A stretch of DNA of 64,000 bases from Macrostomum lignano (Eukaryota): the NCBI GenBank assembly GCA_002269645.1, contig NIVC01000837.1:77370-141369 (forward strand), written 5' to 3'. Below the pieces are notes generated by a model. It ran no database searches. It was given only the letters and a program-made list of their open reading frames with translations, and was not told the DNA's origin. Below are positions 62,701 to 64,000 of the stretch, one piece after another. Made by a program: the position numbers and the translations under genes. How positions within the stretch are numbered: the stretch's first letter is position 1; each line of letters begins with the position of its first letter.

Positions 62701-64000
62701 AACTTTTATTTCTTATTGTTATTTTGTAATTGCTTGCATATAATTGCTGTTTTGGCATCGCCAACGTCTTCTTAATAGCAATCATGGGCTATATAGTGAG
62801 GATTTCTTGCCGAACCCAATGACGGACATGGGAACGCTTTAAAGGCCCTATTTCTGTCAGCCACAACAAGGCTGCAGTCCCACGCTTCTCCTGTGTTCCT
62901 TTGCAAATCCCAATTCTCCTATAATAGGCCTTCGCGTTCAAGCTATGCACGGAGTCACCTGATGTGAGCTCATAAAAGTCTGCTGCCTTGACCCACACGA
63001 GCAGTTTTTTTATAACTGACTCTCTCGGTTCGAGTTTTTTTGTTGCTTTTATTTTCCGGCAGCATCAGACCCGCCCGGCTGCTGCCATTAATCCCTTTAC
63101 CCAAGCTGGGGGCTGACTCTCCACCTGAACATTTCTTGCTCCATCTGCCGCCGCAAAAATATCTGCAGCAGGGGGTGGATTTCTTCACTCGGAGTCTTGA
63201 AGAGGATCAGGGAAGACGGACTCAAGAGGATAGGCTCGAGAAGGGAACGAAATGCCCTCCCTGATGTCGCCCAGTTACCTGCCAAAGCTTTACTCTTAGC
63301 ATTGAGCTGAAGGAGTAGGGGAGTCGACGGTTTTATGATCTCCCATAAGTCTGTTACGGCAGGCATAGTGCACAACGAGTATTGGAGAGTCTGCCGGGAA
63401 ATGTGAAGGAAAAGAGTGGGCAGATAGAAAACTCCCCATTTCTGATGTTTATGGCGGCTTGGGATCGAGGTGAATTTCCATCCTTAACTCAGCTAAATCC
63501 GCCGCGACTGCACTCCCTTGTCGAGGTGAATATTCAGCATGGTTGTCCCAGGAGACCCGAAGTGGTGTATGAGGTGGTTGGTGTTAGTGGCACAGGTCAC
63601 TGACACTGCTGAATTCTTCCCACCAAGTGAGTCTCATCCGCCATCGCATCTCAAGGTGAGTCCGACATGTGCAGATTTTCCCGAAAAAAACCCGGCAAAA
63701 TATATGATGATGATTCGAGCAATAGCGACCTGACGAGTTGATGGGGAGGTGGGCGGGGCTCAAGAAAAAAAGAGCAGTTAAACGAAAACTGATGTCCTAG
63801 ATTCCACTGCCGGCCTGGAACCGAGTCCAAGAGAAGTTCTTGGCCTCGGGGTTTTACGAACAAAAACAAAGCACAGTTTATTAAGAATTCATTCTTCCAA
63901 CAATTTTTTACTTGCGTCTTTTTGTCGTCCAACGTCCACGGCGCGTGTTTGAAGAGTTCGAACAAAAACTCGGTTTCAGATTTTGTTATAATAATTACAG

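Noticed and set aside
61146-63733. Short coding-looking ORFs near the window end
   Set aside because: No recognisable domain, no consistent exon chain and no element termini; possibly decayed TE or unassigned exons.

Overview
Eukaryotic (metazoan) genomic DNA. GC-rich, Gln/Ala-rich exons sit among introns filled with unrelated minisatellites, a style suggestive of a free-living flatworm such as Macrostomum (inference, not shown). Three spliced + strand genes can be rebuilt by hand with consistent GT-AG sites and phases. (1) The 3' part of an SLC22/MFS organic-cation-transporter-like gene (<1-4912). (2) A class I bHLH E-protein (daughterless/TCF3/4/12-like) gene (~16.4-35.7 kb) with two tandem 146-nt HLH exons that can only be used mutually exclusively. 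(3) A ~580-aa protein with a WW-like motif, coiled coils and a CAP-Gly-like domain (38570-45801). There is also a small candidate signal-peptide/TM gene on the - strand (6245-6514). Mobile elements: a very young Ty3/Gypsy (Mag-like) LTR retrotransposon (45977-50441; LTRs differ at 1/272 nt; 5-bp TSD; one frameshift), a 5'-truncated RTE-like LINE and a non-autonomous hAT-like element, the last two inserted inside minisatellite arrays with clear TSDs. Most long ORFs in the supplied track are translations of tandem repeats. The top observations are the E12/E47-like mutually exclusive HLH exons, a CACCTG E-box satellite just after the E-protein stop codon, an apparent array-breaking inversion in its large intron, and a satellite built from a duplicated splice donor.
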